Below, piece by piece: positions 40,823 to 52,178 of a DNA stretch of 64,000 nt; the stretch's first letter is position 1; each line of letters starts with the position of its first letter. A program made the position numbers and the translations under genes. The notes under the pieces were generated by a model. That model saw only the letters and a list, made by a program, of their open reading frames with translations. It did no database searches and had not been told where the DNA came from. This DNA comes from an uncultured Alphaproteobacteria bacterium. GTDB lineage: Bacteria > Pseudomonadota > Alphaproteobacteria > HIMB59 > GCA-002718135. The stretch is taken from assembly GCA_902515745.1 (NCBI GenBank), contig CABXWB010000007.1:15478-79477 (forward strand), read 5' to 3'.

Positions 40823-40899
40823 GTGCCCGTAGCTCAGTAGGATAGAGCACCAGATTCCTAATCTGGGGGCCGCATGTTCGAATCATGCCGGGCACGCCA
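40823..40899 (+). tRNA. tRNA-Arg (CCT)
   Basis: GTGCCCG/CGGGCAC acceptor stem; CCAGA-TTCCTAA-TCTGG anticodon arm; TTCGAAT T-loop; encoded CCA. Confidence 0.96.
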
Positions 40900-40923
40900 G
40901 TATTTTAAAGATATTTTATACTT

Positions 40924-41625
40924 TTAATTTACAATACTTAATTCTTTTTTTAAAAATTCTTTATCTAATTGATCTTTAATACCTTCCTTAGTCACACTAC
41001 CTCTTCGCATTATGAAAATATAATCAGATAACTTAAAAGCAAATTCAAAATATTGTTCAACAAGAAATATCGACATTTTTTTTTCATTTTTTAAATAGAG
41101 AATTATATCACCAATTAGTTTTATTATATTTGGTTGAATTCCTTCTGTAGGTTCATCCATTAATAATACTTTAGGTTTTGTTATGAGAGCTCTTGCAATA
41201 GCTAATTGTTGTTGTTGCCCTCCAGATAAATCTCCACCTCTTCTGTCAATCATTTTTTTTAAAATTGGAAATAAATCAAATATTTCTTCTGGAATAAAAT
41301 GATCTTGTGTTTTTAAACATCCAAACCCTATTTCTAGGTTTTCTCTAACTGATAACAAAGGGAATATAAACCTACCTTGAGGAACATAACCAATACCTTT
41401 TTTTGCAAGATTATGTGATTTCTCGTTATTCATATTTATATTTTGATAAAAATAATCTCCGGAAGAAGGATTATGAATTCCAGTTAACATTTTTAATAAT
41501 GATGTTTTTCCTACACCGTTAGAGCCCATTAGTGTTGTTATCTTACCTTCTTGAATTTCCATATTAACATTATGAAGAATTTGTGATGAACCATAATGTA
41601 AATTTATATTTTCTAATTTAATCAT
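40924..41625 (-). CDS. urtE: Urea ABC transporter ATP-binding subunit
   Basis: GSNGVGKT, YVPQGR, RRGGDLSGGQQQQ and DEPTEGIQP; operon context. Confidence 0.93.
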   Translation of the reverse strand: MIKLENINLHYGSSQILHNVNMEIQEGKITTLMGSNGVGKTSLLKMLTGIHNPSSGDYFYQNINMNNEKSHNLAKKGIGYVPQGRFIFPLLSVRENLEIGFGCLKTQDHFIPEEIFDLFPILKKMIDRRGGDLSGGQQQQLAIARALITKPKVLLMDEPTEGIQPNIIKLIGDIILYLKNEKKMSIFLVEQYFEFAFKLSDYIFIMRRGSVTKEGIKDQLDKEFLKKELSIVN

Positions 41626-42366
41626 CTATCTTCCTAAATAAACTTCAATAACATTTTCATCATTTGAAACTTCATTAATTGTTCCTTCTGATAAAATTGA
41701 ACCATCATGCAAGACTGTTACATTGCATTCTAAATCTTTTATAAATTCCATATCATGTTCAACAACAATTATAGATTTTTTTAAGGAAAGTTTTTTTAGT
41801 ATCTTTACCGTTTGTTGTCTTTCTTCTGTAGTCATACCAGCTGCAGGTTCATCAACTAACAATAGTTTTGGTTCTTGAGTTAATAACATACCTATTTCTA
41901 ACCATTGTTTTTGACCATGGCTCAATTCTCCAGAAATCTTAGATTTAATTTCAAATAAATTAATTTCTTTTAATATTTTATTTATTTTTTCTTCATCTAA
42001 AGAATTAAATGATTGAAAAATTACACTGAATGGATTTCTAATTTTTTTTTGCGAAATTATTAAATTTTGCAAAACAGTTTTATTTTCAAAAATCGTTGGT
42101 TTTTGAAATTTCCTACCGACTCCTAATTGTGCAATTTCAGACTCTTTTAATAATAATAATGAGTACTGTTTATCTGTCCATAAAACATCGCCATTATCTG
42201 GTTTAGTTTGTCCTGTTATTATGTCCATGAAAGTTGTTTTACCTGCTCCGTTAGGTCCAATAACAGCTTTGATTTCGTTATATCCTATCCTGAAACTTAA
42301 ATTATTAACTGCTTTGAAACCATCAAATGAAACAGAAATATTTTTTACCTCTAAAAGATTATTCAT
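41626..42366 (-). CDS. urtD: Urea ABC transporter ATP-binding subunit
   Basis: SFDGFKA, GPNGAGKT, GRKFQKP, LSHGQKQWLEIGM and EVYLGR. Confidence 0.93.
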   Translation of the reverse strand: MNNLLEVKNISVSFDGFKAVNNLSFRIGYNEIKAVIGPNGAGKTTFMDIITGQTKPDNGDVLWTDKQYSLLLLKESEIAQLGVGRKFQKPTIFENKTVLQNLIISQKKIRNPFSVIFQSFNSLDEEKINKILKEINLFEIKSKISGELSHGQKQWLEIGMLLTQEPKLLLVDEPAAGMTTEERQQTVKILKKLSLKKSIIVVEHDMEFIKDLECNVTVLHDGSILSEGTINEVSNDENVIEVYLGR

Positions 42367-43535
42367 ACTTTTCTTATAAATATGCTTTTTAAAAAACCAA
42401 AAATACCTTCTCTACTAATTAAAGTTACAATAACAAATCCTAGTCCTAAAATTACTGTCCACCAATTTACCCATTCAATTTTATAAAATATCAACGATAT
42501 GCTCGGCGCCTGACCACTTGTAAACCATGAAGATATTAACGAAACTGATGCAGCACCTATTATAGCCCCATATAAATTTCCTCTACCTCCTATTGCTACC
42601 CATACAGCTAAATATATTGATGCAATAGGTGCGATTTCAGCTGGATTTATTATACCAGCTTGAGGATAATATAATGCACCAGCTAAAGCTGAAATAACAG
42701 CGGTAAGTACAAAAACAAATAATTTATATGATTCAACATGATAGCCAAGAAATCTAATTCTAGTTTCATCATCTCTTATTGCAGTAATAATTGAGCCAAA
42801 CTTACTATTAACCAAATAAAAAAAGAAGATGAATACTAATATTAAAAACAATGCACTAGCCCAAAAAAAATAAATGGAAATAACAAATTGAGAGGTATCA
42901 TCATATCCTGGGATATTTTGAAGTCCTGATAGTCCATTATTTCCTCTCAAACCGCTATCATTTTGAAATAAATAGAGAGATAGAGCTAGAGTCATTGCTT
43001 GAGTTAAAATAGATAAGTAAACTCCAGTAACTCTAGATCTAAATGCTAACCAGCCAAAAACAAAAGCAAGTAAACCAGGAATAAGAATAACCATTGCAAG
43101 TTGGAAATAAAAATTATCTGCATATGCCCATATTAACGGTATTTCAGATCCACCAACAACTCCAAATATTTGATTCCCTATAGCATCAGATATTTCTTGT
43201 GGAGTTAAAGGTAATGACTCTGATATCGAAGCAGTAAGTACAATTATTTCAGTTCTTTTGTACATTAACCACATACCAATCATGTATCCTCCAAGCCCAA
43301 AAAATGCAAAATGCCCTAAAGATAAAATACCACAGTATCCCCAAACAACATCCATAGATAAAGCTACAACGCATAAACATAGGGTTTTACCCAATGTTTT
43401 AATAAAGCTAGTAGAAATAAAATTTATTGAAAATAGATCACTTAATAAAGTTATTATAAAACTAAATAAAATAATGGTGATACAAAAAAATAAAACCTGT
43501 CTATGATTTGTATCTTTTAATAAACTATTAAACAT
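42363..43535 (-). CDS. urtC: Urea ABC transporter permease
   Basis: WGYCGILSLGH, FRSRVTGVYLSILTQA and VAIGGRG. Confidence 0.93.
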   Translation of the reverse strand: MFNSLLKDTNHRQVLFFCITIILFSFIITLLSDLFSINFISTSFIKTLGKTLCLCVVALSMDVVWGYCGILSLGHFAFFGLGGYMIGMWLMYKRTEIIVLTASISESLPLTPQEISDAIGNQIFGVVGGSEIPLIWAYADNFYFQLAMVILIPGLLAFVFGWLAFRSRVTGVYLSILTQAMTLALSLYLFQNDSGLRGNNGLSGLQNIPGYDDTSQFVISIYFFWASALFLILVFIFFFYLVNSKFGSIITAIRDDETRIRFLGYHVESYKLFVFVLTAVISALAGALYYPQAGIINPAEIAPIASIYLAVWVAIGGRGNLYGAIIGAASVSLISSWFTSGQAPSISLIFYKIEWVNWWTVILGLGFVIVTLISREGIFGFLKSIFIRKV

Positions 43536-45543
43536 CTTTAACCCTGCCTTTTAATGCAAATATTCCACGAGGTCTAAATTGTATAAATAAAATTATAAAA
43601 ATAATCATGTATGTTTGAGCTGCAAGAGTATTTGATGGATTGAACCATTCAATAATTTTTTGAAGAAAACCAATTAATGCTGCTCCAGCTAAAGTACCAA
43701 ATATATTTCCTACTCCTCCAACTACAACGGTCATGAAGCTCTGAACAATATATTCAGTTCCCAATTCTGATGTAACTTTAGAAAATAGTCCAATTGCAAC
43801 ACCCGCAATTCCTGCAATTGCTGATCCAAAACCAAATGTTAACATATTAATTCTATCAGGATTAATTCCCATATTAGATGCCATTATTGGGTTTTGAGTA
43901 ACAGCTCTAATTTCAAGACCTAACCTTGTCCTGTTCATTATAAAAAGTAATAATAATAGAAACAATATACCCATTAAAATAATTGCTATTCGAATATAGC
44001 TAATCGATAAATCATCGTTAATTGAGAGCGCTCCATCAAGCCAAGAGGGTGCAGTCAAAGGACGTGCTTGAGTACCAAAGATATTTTTAGCCAATTGCTG
44101 TAAAGCTATACTTATTCCAAAAGTGGCCAATAAAGTATCAAGTGGATTTTTATATAAGTGCCGAATAACCAATCTTTCTAATAATACTCCTGCGCCAAAT
44201 GTAATTATAAATGCTAATGGCAGGGCAATCAGTATCGATATGGTGTGATTTGGTATATATTGTTGAACGACGTAACCAGTATAAGCGCCCATCATTATAA
44301 ATTCACCGTGAGCCATATTTATAACCCTCATGACCCCAAAAGTAATTGCAAGACCGATTGCTCCTAAAAAATAAATGGATGATAAACTAATACCATCTAC
44401 AAAAAGATCGATATACCTATAGATATTCACTCTAAAATTTATATTTTTAAGAGTCTCTTTAGTCTTGTTTGTTACTTGTGATGAGATTTCATCATACTCA
44501 GTATAAAAAGTAAATTTATCTACTGATTTTTTAATTTCTTCCTTTGATATAAAAGGGGGTACAACATTAATAGAGGCTAAATAGTTGTAAGCATCCAATC
44601 TATTTAAATCATTATTTAGTGAGCTAATATCAAAGCCTGCATTTTTTAGTTTTTTGATATTTGAAACTAAACTTTCTTTTATTATTTTTTTTGTAATTCT
44701 TGGCAAAACTTTTTTATTATTACTTAATAAATCGTAAGCGTCATTATAAGTTAACTCAGGCTTATTACTAGAATACGAAGATAAAATATAATTAGATGTA
44801 CCATCATTGTTCTTATATGTTTTGTTTGGAATAATTTTTCTAGCTATATTTCCCATAATTTTTTTATTATTTGTAAAGAGAATATCTGATGTATTTAATA
44901 AATTATTTAAAGAAGCTCTAACTTCTAAGGATGTATCATTTGAAAAAAAACTTAAAACATCTAACTTTTCCTGTTCTGATTTACTAAACTTTAAAATTGC
45001 AAAATTTAAGACTTTATTGATTTCCTCTCTAAAATTATTGTCGATCTCATTTTGATATGCTGTTCTTAAAATTTTGAGATGAGTTTTCTGAATATCTCTC
45101 TTTAATGATTGAAGACTTTCTCTTCTAACATTTATATCTTCATCTAAAATTTGATATTCTACGAGTGCTGAGTCAATTTTAGACCTTACTCCACTATTAG
45201 GTTTTATACTTTTTAATTGTTTTTTTGTAAATTTACCAATTTCATTATTATTGAATATGTCATAAGCAATAATGGTATCTTCTTTTTTTTCTGTATAAAC
45301 TATAAGATTAGAATCTTTAATAATTGATAGCTCTTTTGATTTCCAAAGAATTAAGAATTTTTTTACATCATCTTGATTAAAAATTTTTATATCATTTAAA
45401 ACTGGGTCAACTGTTTTAGATGAACTTTTTGATATTAATTTGTAATTACTATTAATAAATTCTTGAATTGTTGTATTTGAGTGAACACTAAAAGAAATTA
45501 ATAAGAAAAATATTAATAAAAAAGAATTGAAAACATATTTCAT
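43528..45543 (-). CDS. urtB: Urea ABC transporter permease with long periplasmic N-domain
   Basis: GLAITFGVMRVINMAHGEF and TLLATFGIS. Confidence 0.93.
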   Translation of the reverse strand: MKYVFNSFLLIFFLLISFSVHSNTTIQEFINSNYKLISKSSSKTVDPVLNDIKIFNQDDVKKFLILWKSKELSIIKDSNLIVYTEKKEDTIIAYDIFNNNEIGKFTKKQLKSIKPNSGVRSKIDSALVEYQILDEDINVRRESLQSLKRDIQKTHLKILRTAYQNEIDNNFREEINKVLNFAILKFSKSEQEKLDVLSFFSNDTSLEVRASLNNLLNTSDILFTNNKKIMGNIARKIIPNKTYKNNDGTSNYILSSYSSNKPELTYNDAYDLLSNNKKVLPRITKKIIKESLVSNIKKLKNAGFDISSLNNDLNRLDAYNYLASINVVPPFISKEEIKKSVDKFTFYTEYDEISSQVTNKTKETLKNINFRVNIYRYIDLFVDGISLSSIYFLGAIGLAITFGVMRVINMAHGEFIMMGAYTGYVVQQYIPNHTISILIALPLAFIITFGAGVLLERLVIRHLYKNPLDTLLATFGISIALQQLAKNIFGTQARPLTAPSWLDGALSINDDLSISYIRIAIILMGILFLLLLLFIMNRTRLGLEIRAVTQNPIMASNMGINPDRINMLTFGFGSAIAGIAGVAIGLFSKVTSELGTEYIVQSFMTVVVGGVGNIFGTLAGAALIGFLQKIIEWFNPSNTLAAQTYMIIFIILFIQFRPRGIFALKGRVKDV

Positions 45544-45554
45544 TATTAGATTAA

Positions 45555-45591
45555 ACTAAATGCTATTGGTAGTTAATCAACAGCATTTAGT
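45555..45591 (-). terminator. Hairpin after urtA (partial terminator or mRNA stabiliser)
   Basis: ACTAAATGCT / AGCATTTAGT inverted repeat in the urtA-urtB spacer. Confidence 0.6.
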
Positions 45592-45602
45592 CTTAATAGT
45601 AT

Positions 45603-46865
45603 TTAATAATTTGATTTTATTTGAACACAAGAATTAGTGTCAGTATTGTACATACCACATCCTAAATCTTTCCAGTCTGATTTTAACACAGCTGATTCAG
45701 CTAAATGATCTGTCCATGCATCTCCTGGCACTTCCTCAGTTTGACTTATAATATCAAATTGTCCATCTTCTAGTATCTCTCCAATAAGTACTGGTTTTGA
45801 TAAATGATGATTTGGAAGCATCTCAGCCATACCACCTGTTAGATTTGGAACTTTTAATCCATACATTTGCTCTCTCACTGCATCTACATCAGTTGTGCCA
45901 GCAGCTTCAACAGCTTTAACATACATATTAAAACCAATTACATGAGCTTCCATGGGATCATTAGTAACTCGATCCTCACCCATTTTTTCTTTCCATTTAG
46001 CAACAAATTCTGCATTTATATCAGTGTCAGCTGATTGGAAATAATTCCAAGCTGCCAAATGACCAACTAAGTTAGATGTATCTAAACCTGAGAGTTCTTC
46101 TTCACCAACTGAAAATGCAACAACAGGAATATCATCAGCACTTACATTTGCTGCTGCTAATTCTTTATAAAAGCCTATGTTAGCATCACCATTAATGGTT
46201 GATATTACACCTACTTTTTTTCCATCTGCACTCAATGCGACAACATCAGCTACTATTTTTGACCAATCATCATGACCAAATGGCGTATAATTTACAAAAA
46301 TATCAGACTCCGGAATACCTTTATCAATTAAATACTGATTTAAAATTCTGTTGGTAGTTCTTGGATAAACATAATCTGTTCCTAATAAAGCAAATTTTTC
46401 GACACCAAGTTCTTCTAAATAATAATCAGTAGCTGGTATTGCTTGTTGGTTAGGTGCTGCTCCAGTATAGAAAACATTCTTCGAACTTTCTTCACCTTCA
46501 TATTGAACTGGGTAAAATAGTAATCCATTTAATTCTTCAATTACTGGTAAAACGGATTTTCTTGAAACTGAAGTCCAACAACCAAATATTACATCTACTT
46601 CTTGAACAGTAAGCAGCTCTCTTGCTTTTTCAGCAAATAGTGGCCAATCTGATGCTGGATCAACTACAACAGCCTCCAATTGTTTTCCTAAAAGACCTCC
46701 TTTTTTATTTTGTTCATCAATCATGAACAGCATTGTATCTTTTAAGGTTGTCTCCGAAATACCCAAAGAACCAGATAAGGAATGCAATACTCCGACTTTA
46801 ATTGTTTCTGCGTATGCTTTTAAACTTAAAAAGCTTATAAATAATATAATGATAAATTTTTTCAT
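45603..46865 (-). CDS. urtA: Urea ABC transporter substrate-binding protein
   Basis: IKVGVLHSLSG, DPASDWPLFAEKA, GCWTSVSRK, YPVQYEG and GTDYVYPR. Confidence 0.95.
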   Translation of the reverse strand: MKKFIIILFISFLSLKAYAETIKVGVLHSLSGSLGISETTLKDTMLFMIDEQNKKGGLLGKQLEAVVVDPASDWPLFAEKARELLTVQEVDVIFGCWTSVSRKSVLPVIEELNGLLFYPVQYEGEESSKNVFYTGAAPNQQAIPATDYYLEELGVEKFALLGTDYVYPRTTNRILNQYLIDKGIPESDIFVNYTPFGHDDWSKIVADVVALSADGKKVGVISTINGDANIGFYKELAAANVSADDIPVVAFSVGEEELSGLDTSNLVGHLAAWNYFQSADTDINAEFVAKWKEKMGEDRVTNDPMEAHVIGFNMYVKAVEAAGTTDVDAVREQMYGLKVPNLTGGMAEMLPNHHLSKPVLIGEILEDGQFDIISQTEEVPGDAWTDHLAESAVLKSDWKDLGCGMYNTDTNSCVQIKSNY

Positions 46866-47041
46866 ATTATTTCCTCTCTAAAAAATTGTATCAAATTCAT
46901 CTTAAAAATTTTAGGAACTTATAGAAACACTAACTTAACAATTCAGATATGCGTATTTAACTTATCCAAAACTGCTAATATTTTTTGGTATTTTAATTTA
47001 CGATTAAAGTTTATAAATTATTTTAATACATAATAATAATA

Positions 47042-47836
47042 ATGTTAAAAAAATTACAAAGATCTGAAGGTGTAATAGACTTAAAAATTTTAGACAATGA
47101 AGTAAAAAAATTATTTCAAAAGGGTTCATCCAAAGTTTTAATTCCAAATAGTTATAACAAAAATAAAGAATTCGTTTTACTTAATACAAGTGGAGGCACA
47201 ACATGTAATGATATTATTAAAACAAATATCAAAATAGAAAATTCAAAAACTAACATAACCACTCAAGCGGCAGAAAAAATATATTCTGGTGTTGGAGATC
47301 CTGCTCTCATTGAAGTAAATATTTCAATCAAAAATTCTAATATTAATTGGCTTCCAAAAGAATTAATACTTTTTAATAATTCAAAATTGAAAAGAAATAT
47401 AAATATTAATTTAGATAAATGTTCTAATTTATTTCTTTGTGAAACTCTAATATTAGGAAGAAAAGCGATGTCAGAAGAAATTAATAACTTATTTTTTTTA
47501 GATCATTGGAAAGTCAATATAGATAATCAAATTAAACATTTTGAATCAATAAATATTAATCAATATACACATCAAATATTTAATAATAAATTTTCAATTA
47601 ATAAAAACTCAGCTTTTTCAACAATTTTAATATTTGGATATATTGTGGATCAAATTAAAGATGATTTAATAAAAATTATTAAAAAAATAACTAATATTTA
47701 TTGTGAAATTTCTACTTGGAATAATAAAATTGTTATAAGGTGTTTAGCTAATGATAATTATGATTTAAAAAAAACACTAAATTATATTTTAGAAAATATT
47801 ATTCATGATAAAGTTCCTAATAGTTGGTATTTATAA
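47042..47836 (+). CDS. ureD: Urease accessory protein
   Basis: LNTSGG, TTQAAEKIY and ETLILGR; position before ureA. Confidence 0.9.
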   Translation: MLKKLQRSEGVIDLKILDNEVKKLFQKGSSKVLIPNSYNKNKEFVLLNTSGGTTCNDIIKTNIKIENSKTNITTQAAEKIYSGVGDPALIEVNISIKNSNINWLPKELILFNNSKLKRNININLDKCSNLFLCETLILGRKAMSEEINNLFFLDHWKVNIDNQIKHFESININQYTHQIFNNKFSINKNSAFSTILIFGYIVDQIKDDLIKIIKKITNIYCEISTWNNKIVIRCLANDNYDLKKTLNYILENIIHDKVPNSWYL

Positions 47837-48139
47837 ATGAAATTAACACCAAGAGAAAAAGATAAGTTAATGGTCAGCATGGCAGCCAATGTTGCCAGGA
47901 AACGTTTACAAAGAGGAGTTAAACTTAATTACCCAGAAGCTATAGCTTTGATAACAGATTTTGTCATAGAAGGTGCAAGAGATGGAAAAATGGTATCAGA
48001 ATTAATGGAAACAGGTGCTCATGTTGTAAAAAAAGAAGATTGTATGGATGGAATTCAAGATATGATTCCAGAAGTGCAGGTAGAAGCAACATTTCCTGAT
48101 GGAACAAAATTAGTAACAGTACATAAGCCGATAAGATAA
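47837..48139 (+). CDS. ureA: Urease gamma subunit
   Basis: [11 protein letters not shown]...[14 protein letters not shown]. Confidence 0.98.
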   Translation: MKLTPREKDKLMVSMAANVARKRLQRGVKLNYPEAIALITDFVIEGARDGKMVSELMETGAHVVKKEDCMDGIQDMIPEVQVEATFPDGTKLVTVHKPIR

Positions 48140-48447
48140 TGAAACCTGGAGAAGTAATAACAAAACAAAATAGTGATATTAATTTGAATGATTATCGTAA
48201 TTCAATTACGTTAAAAGTTTCTAATAGTGGCGATCGACCAATACAAGTTGGAAGCCATTATCATTTTGCTGAAACTAATGAATATTTAAAATTTGATAGA
48301 GAAAAATCAAATGGTATGCGTTTAGACATTCCATCAGGAACAGCTGTACGATTTGAACCCGGTCAATCAAAAGATGTAGAATTAATTCCAATAGCTGGAG
48401 ATAGAAAGATATTTGGTTTTAATAAGAAAGTAATGGGTCAATTGTAA
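48139..48447 (+). CDS. ureB: Urease beta subunit
   Basis: [13 protein letters not shown] and [15 protein letters not shown]. Confidence 0.98.
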   Translation: MKPGEVITKQNSDINLNDYRNSITLKVSNSGDRPIQVGSHYHFAETNEYLKFDREKSNGMRLDIPSGTAVRFEPGQSKDVELIPIAGDRKIFGFNKKVMGQL

Positions 48448-50153
48448 TGAAAAAAATAAATAGAGATTCTTATGCTGATATGTATGGTCCAACAACCGGT
48501 GATAAAATTAGACTTGCTGACACAGAACTTTTTATTGAAGTAGAAAAAGATTTAACAACATACGGTGAAGAAGTAAAATTTGGTGGAGGAAAAGTCATTC
48601 GAGATGGAATGGGGCAGTCTCAAGTATCCCGACAAGATGGTGCGGTCGATACAGTTATAACAAACGCTTTAATTGTTGATGTAAAAGGAATTTATAAAGC
48701 TGATATTGGGCTTAAAGATGGCTTAATTAATGAGATTGGAAAAGCTGGTAATCCAGATACACAACCAAATGTAAATATTGTTATAGGACCTGGAACAGAA
48801 ATTATTGCAGGTGAGGGAAAAATTATTACAGCAGGAGGCTTTGATAGTCATATTCATTTTATTTGTCCTCAACAAATTGATGATGCACTTCATTCAGGCA
48901 TAACAACGATGTTGGGAGGAGGAACTGGCCCTGCTCATGGTACTTTGGCAACTACAGTTACACCTGGACCATGGCATATAGAGAGAATGATACAATCTGC
49001 TGATGCTTTTTCAATGAATTTAGCTTTTGCAGGTAAAGGAAATAGTTCATTACCCAAGGCTCTCGAAGAACAAGTAATTGCTGGAGCAAGTTCATTAAAA
49101 TTACATGAAGATTGGGGTACAACTCCAGCAGCTATCGATAATTGTTTAAATGTTGCTGATGAACATGACATTCAAGTTATGATTCACACTGATACTTTGA
49201 ATGAAAGTGGATTTGTAGAGAGTACGATTAAAGCAATTAATGGAAGAACCATTCATGCATTTCATACGGAGGGAGCAGGGGGAGGTCATGCACCTGATAT
49301 TATAAAAGTTTGTGGTGAAGAATATGTTATTCCATCATCAACAAACCCAACAAGACCTTATACAGTTAATACAGTCGAAGAACACTTAGATATGTTAATG
49401 GTTTGTCATCACCTTGATAAGTCAATACCAGAAGATGTTGCATTTGCTGAAAGTCGAATTCGAAAAGAAACCATTGCTGCTGAAGATATACTGCATGATA
49501 TGGGTGCATTTTCAATTATTGCATCTGATAGTCAAGCAATGGGTCGTGTTGGTGAAGTTATTATAAGAACATGGCAAACAGCACATAAAATGAAAGTACA
49601 ACGTGGGCAATTAAAGGAAGAGCAGGGTGATAATGATAATTTACGTGTTAAACGTTATATAGCTAAATATACAATTAATCCTGCCATTGCTCATGGTATT
49701 TCCGATCATATTGGCAGTATTGAAAAGAATAAACGTGCCGATATAGTCATTTGGGATACTGCTTTTTTTGGTGTTAAACCTGAAATGGTTTTGCAAGGTG
49801 GAAGTATTTCTTGTTCGCAAATGGGTGATCCTAATGCTTCTATTCCAACACCACAACCAGTGTATTCACGACCAATGTTTTCTGCTTTTGGAAAATCATT
49901 AGAAAAATCTACAGCAACTTTTGTTAGTAAAGTTTCTTTAGATAAAAATTCATTCAAAAATTCTGGAATTAGCAAATCTTTATTGCCAGTTAAAAATATT
50001 AGAAAAATTTCTAAAAAAGATATGGTATTAAATGATTATTGTCCAAATATAGAAGTTAATCCAGAAACTTATGAAGTTAAGGCAGATGGAGAATTAATTA
50101 CCTGTGAGCCTGCTAAAATACTACCTTTAGCTCAACGTTATTTCATGTATTAA
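48447..50153 (+). CDS. ureC: Urease alpha subunit
   Basis: [29 protein letters not shown] and SDSQAMGR. Confidence 0.99.
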   Translation: MKKINRDSYADMYGPTTGDKIRLADTELFIEVEKDLTTYGEEVKFGGGKVIRDGMGQSQVSRQDGAVDTVITNALIVDVKGIYKADIGLKDGLINEIGKAGNPDTQPNVNIVIGPGTEIIAGEGKIITAGGFDSHIHFICPQQIDDALHSGITTMLGGGTGPAHGTLATTVTPGPWHIERMIQSADAFSMNLAFAGKGNSSLPKALEEQVIAGASSLKLHEDWGTTPAAIDNCLNVADEHDIQVMIHTDTLNESGFVESTIKAINGRTIHAFHTEGAGGGHAPDIIKVCGEEYVIPSSTNPTRPYTVNTVEEHLDMLMVCHHLDKSIPEDVAFAESRIRKETIAAEDILHDMGAFSIIASDSQAMGRVGEVIIRTWQTAHKMKVQRGQLKEEQGDNDNLRVKRYIAKYTINPAIAHGISDHIGSIEKNKRADIVIWDTAFFGVKPEMVLQGGSISCSQMGDPNASIPTPQPVYSRPMFSAFGKSLEKSTATFVSKVSLDKNSFKNSGISKSLLPVKNIRKISKKDMVLNDYCPNIEVNPETYEVKADGELITCEPAKILPLAQRYFMY

Positions 50154-50158
50154 ATTTT

Positions 50159-50605
50159 ATGCAAACAGCCTTTAAAATAACAGATCACAAAGATGCTAGT
50201 AAAAATATACAAGATGAAATTACTTTATCTTATGAAGAACGATTTATACGACGAAAAAAATTAATAACAGATAATGGAACGGAATTTTTAGTTAATCTAG
50301 AAGAAACAGTCAGTATGGATGAAGATCATTATTTCGAATTAGAAAATGGAAATTTAATTCAAGTAGTTTCAAAAGAGGAAAATTTGATTGAAATTACAGG
50401 TAATAATTTAAAACATATTATTTGGCATATTGGCAACAGGCATTTACCTTGTCAAATTGAAGAGAAAAGAATTCTTATTCAAGATGATGCTGTAATTTTA
50501 GATATGATTTTAAAATTACACGGGAATGTAAAAAAAGTTTTTGAAAAATTTAAACCTGAAGGTGGAGCTTACGGTATGGGACGTACTCATAGTCATAAAC
50601 ACTAA
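50159..50605 (+). CDS. ureE: Urease accessory Ni chaperone
   Basis: WHIGNRHLP, FKPEGGAYG and His-rich tail. Confidence 0.95.
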   Translation: MQTAFKITDHKDASKNIQDEITLSYEERFIRRKKLITDNGTEFLVNLEETVSMDEDHYFELENGNLIQVVSKEENLIEITGNNLKHIIWHIGNRHLPCQIEEKRILIQDDAVILDMILKLHGNVKKVFEKFKPEGGAYGMGRTHSHKH

Positions 50606-50606
50606 A

Positions 50607-51242
50607 ATGAAAAAAATAAAAGATCCTCTTCAAATATTACAAATTTGGTTTTCTTCGTCTTTTCCTGTAGGTTCATATGCATACTCACATGGTTTAGAGG
50701 CATTAATAGATGGTAATAAAATTAAAAATAAAGATGATGTTAGAGAATATTTAGAAGCATTATTATTTTATGGCAGTCTTCGAAATGATTATATTTTTTT
50801 AAAGTCTGTGTATGTGGGTGAAGAAATTAATGACTTAATTCTAGCAAGTGCTTCTTCAAAAGAAAGACACATAGAAATGATTGATATGGGTAATTCATTT
50901 CGAAAGATAATGAAAGATAGTTGGGAGCTAGTATTAGAAGAAAATACATCTTTTGTTTATTGTATTAGCAAAGCAGCTCTTCATTTTAATATAAAATTTG
51001 ATGACTTAATTAAATTTTATCTCCAGTCATATATTTCAAACTTAATTAATGTTTGTGTAAAGCATATTCCTATGTCACAAAAAGATGGACAAATATTAAA
51101 TGTTAATTTTATTGATCAAATACAAAAATTTTTAGATCAATCATACCAATTAACTCTTAAAGATATTGGAACGAGTTTTTTTATTGGTGATATTTTTGCA
51201 ATTAAACATGAAAATTTAGTTTCAAGGATTTATTTAACATGA
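50607..51242 (+). CDS. ureF: Urease accessory protein
   Basis: [15 protein letters not shown] and HE...SRIYLT; start reassigned to ATG 50607. Confidence 0.9.
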   Translation: MKKIKDPLQILQIWFSSSFPVGSYAYSHGLEALIDGNKIKNKDDVREYLEALLFYGSLRNDYIFLKSVYVGEEINDLILASASSKERHIEMIDMGNSFRKIMKDSWELVLEENTSFVYCISKAALHFNIKFDDLIKFYLQSYISNLINVCVKHIPMSQKDGQILNVNFIDQIQKFLDQSYQLTLKDIGTSFFIGDIFAIKHENLVSRIYLT

Positions 51243-51850
51243 ATAATATAAATGGTCCGTTAAAAGTTGGTATAGGTGGAGGAATAGGAACAGGAAAAAC
51301 TAGCTTAACAGAAGCTTTATGCCGTCATTTATCAAACAGAATTTCAATGGCAGTAATATCAAATGATATTTATACAACTGAAGATGCAGAATATTTAATG
51401 AGAGCTCAAGTTCTTCCTATGGAAAGAATTAAAGGCGTTGAAACAGGTGGGTGTCCCCATACGGCTATCCGAGAAGATTGTTCAATTAATTTACTAGCCG
51501 TTGATGAAATGAAAAATAAATTTCCTGATTTAGAATTAATACTTATTGAATCAGGCGGCGATAATTTGGCAGCTACTTTTAGTCCAGAGTTAGTCGATTT
51601 AACAATTTATATGATTGATGTTGCCCAAGGAGCTGACATTCCAAGAAAAAAAGCTCCTGCTATAAAAAAATCAGATTTGTTGGTAGTTAATAAAGTTGAT
51701 TTAGCACCTCATGTCGATGTTAATATTGATCAAATGGAAGAGGATGTAAAGGAAGCCAGAAATGGGTTACCTTATGTTTTCGGTGAAATGAAAAATAATA
51801 ACGGAATAGAAAAAATTTCTGACTTCTTAATTTCTCAAGGTGGGATTTAA
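51239..51850 (+). CDS. ureG: Urease accessory GTPase
   Basis: [25 protein letters not shown] and NKVD. Confidence 0.96.
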   Translation: MNNINGPLKVGIGGGIGTGKTSLTEALCRHLSNRISMAVISNDIYTTEDAEYLMRAQVLPMERIKGVETGGCPHTAIREDCSINLLAVDEMKNKFPDLELILIESGGDNLAATFSPELVDLTIYMIDVAQGADIPRKKAPAIKKSDLLVVNKVDLAPHVDVNIDQMEEDVKEARNGLPYVFGEMKNNNGIEKISDFLISQGGI

Positions 51851-52107
51851 TATTCTTGCTTCTCTAAAGTGTACACAGTGTCTGTACTATTAAATTTTGC
51901 ATCAAATTCTTTTGATTTAGAATCTTCAAATAAAGCATAAAATTTATCTTGGTCAGTAACATTTGCCATACTAATAACATGACCATCTTTTACAAAAGCC
52001 ATATCAAAGCCATCTGTGTATTTAGCTATATCTTCTTTAAAGTAATTATATAATTCCATATAATCATCTTTTGTAAATGTTCCTTTTGTAACAACACATA
52101 AGTTCAT
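51847..52107 (-). CDS. Hypothetical 86-aa protein downstream of the SAM-II riboswitch
   Basis: GGAG RBS before MNLCVV; small alpha/beta protein. Confidence 0.7.
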   Translation of the reverse strand: MNLCVVTKGTFTKDDYMELYNYFKEDIAKYTDGFDMAFVKDGHVISMANVTDQDKFYALFEDSKSKEFDAKFNSTDTVYTLEKQEY

Positions 52108-52125
52108 ATTTTTCTCCATTTATTC

Positions 52126-52163
52126 AAAAAAAAAATCCTCGCCATTTCTCTTAATGGGAGGAT
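52126..52163 (-). terminator. Intrinsic terminator in the 5' leader (riboswitch expression platform)
   Basis: Minus strand ATCCTC-CCATT-AAGAGA-AATGG-C-GAGGAT followed by a T run. Confidence 0.75.
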
Positions 52164-52178
52164 AATTTTATACGTATC

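Noticed and set aside
46866-47041. NtrC/NtcA site or riboswitch in the urt/ure divergent spacer
   Set aside because: No convincing palindrome or glnA-motif core seen.
50541-50606. N-terminal extension of UreF
   Set aside because: Overlaps the ureE 3' end; ATG at 50607 directly follows the ureE stop.
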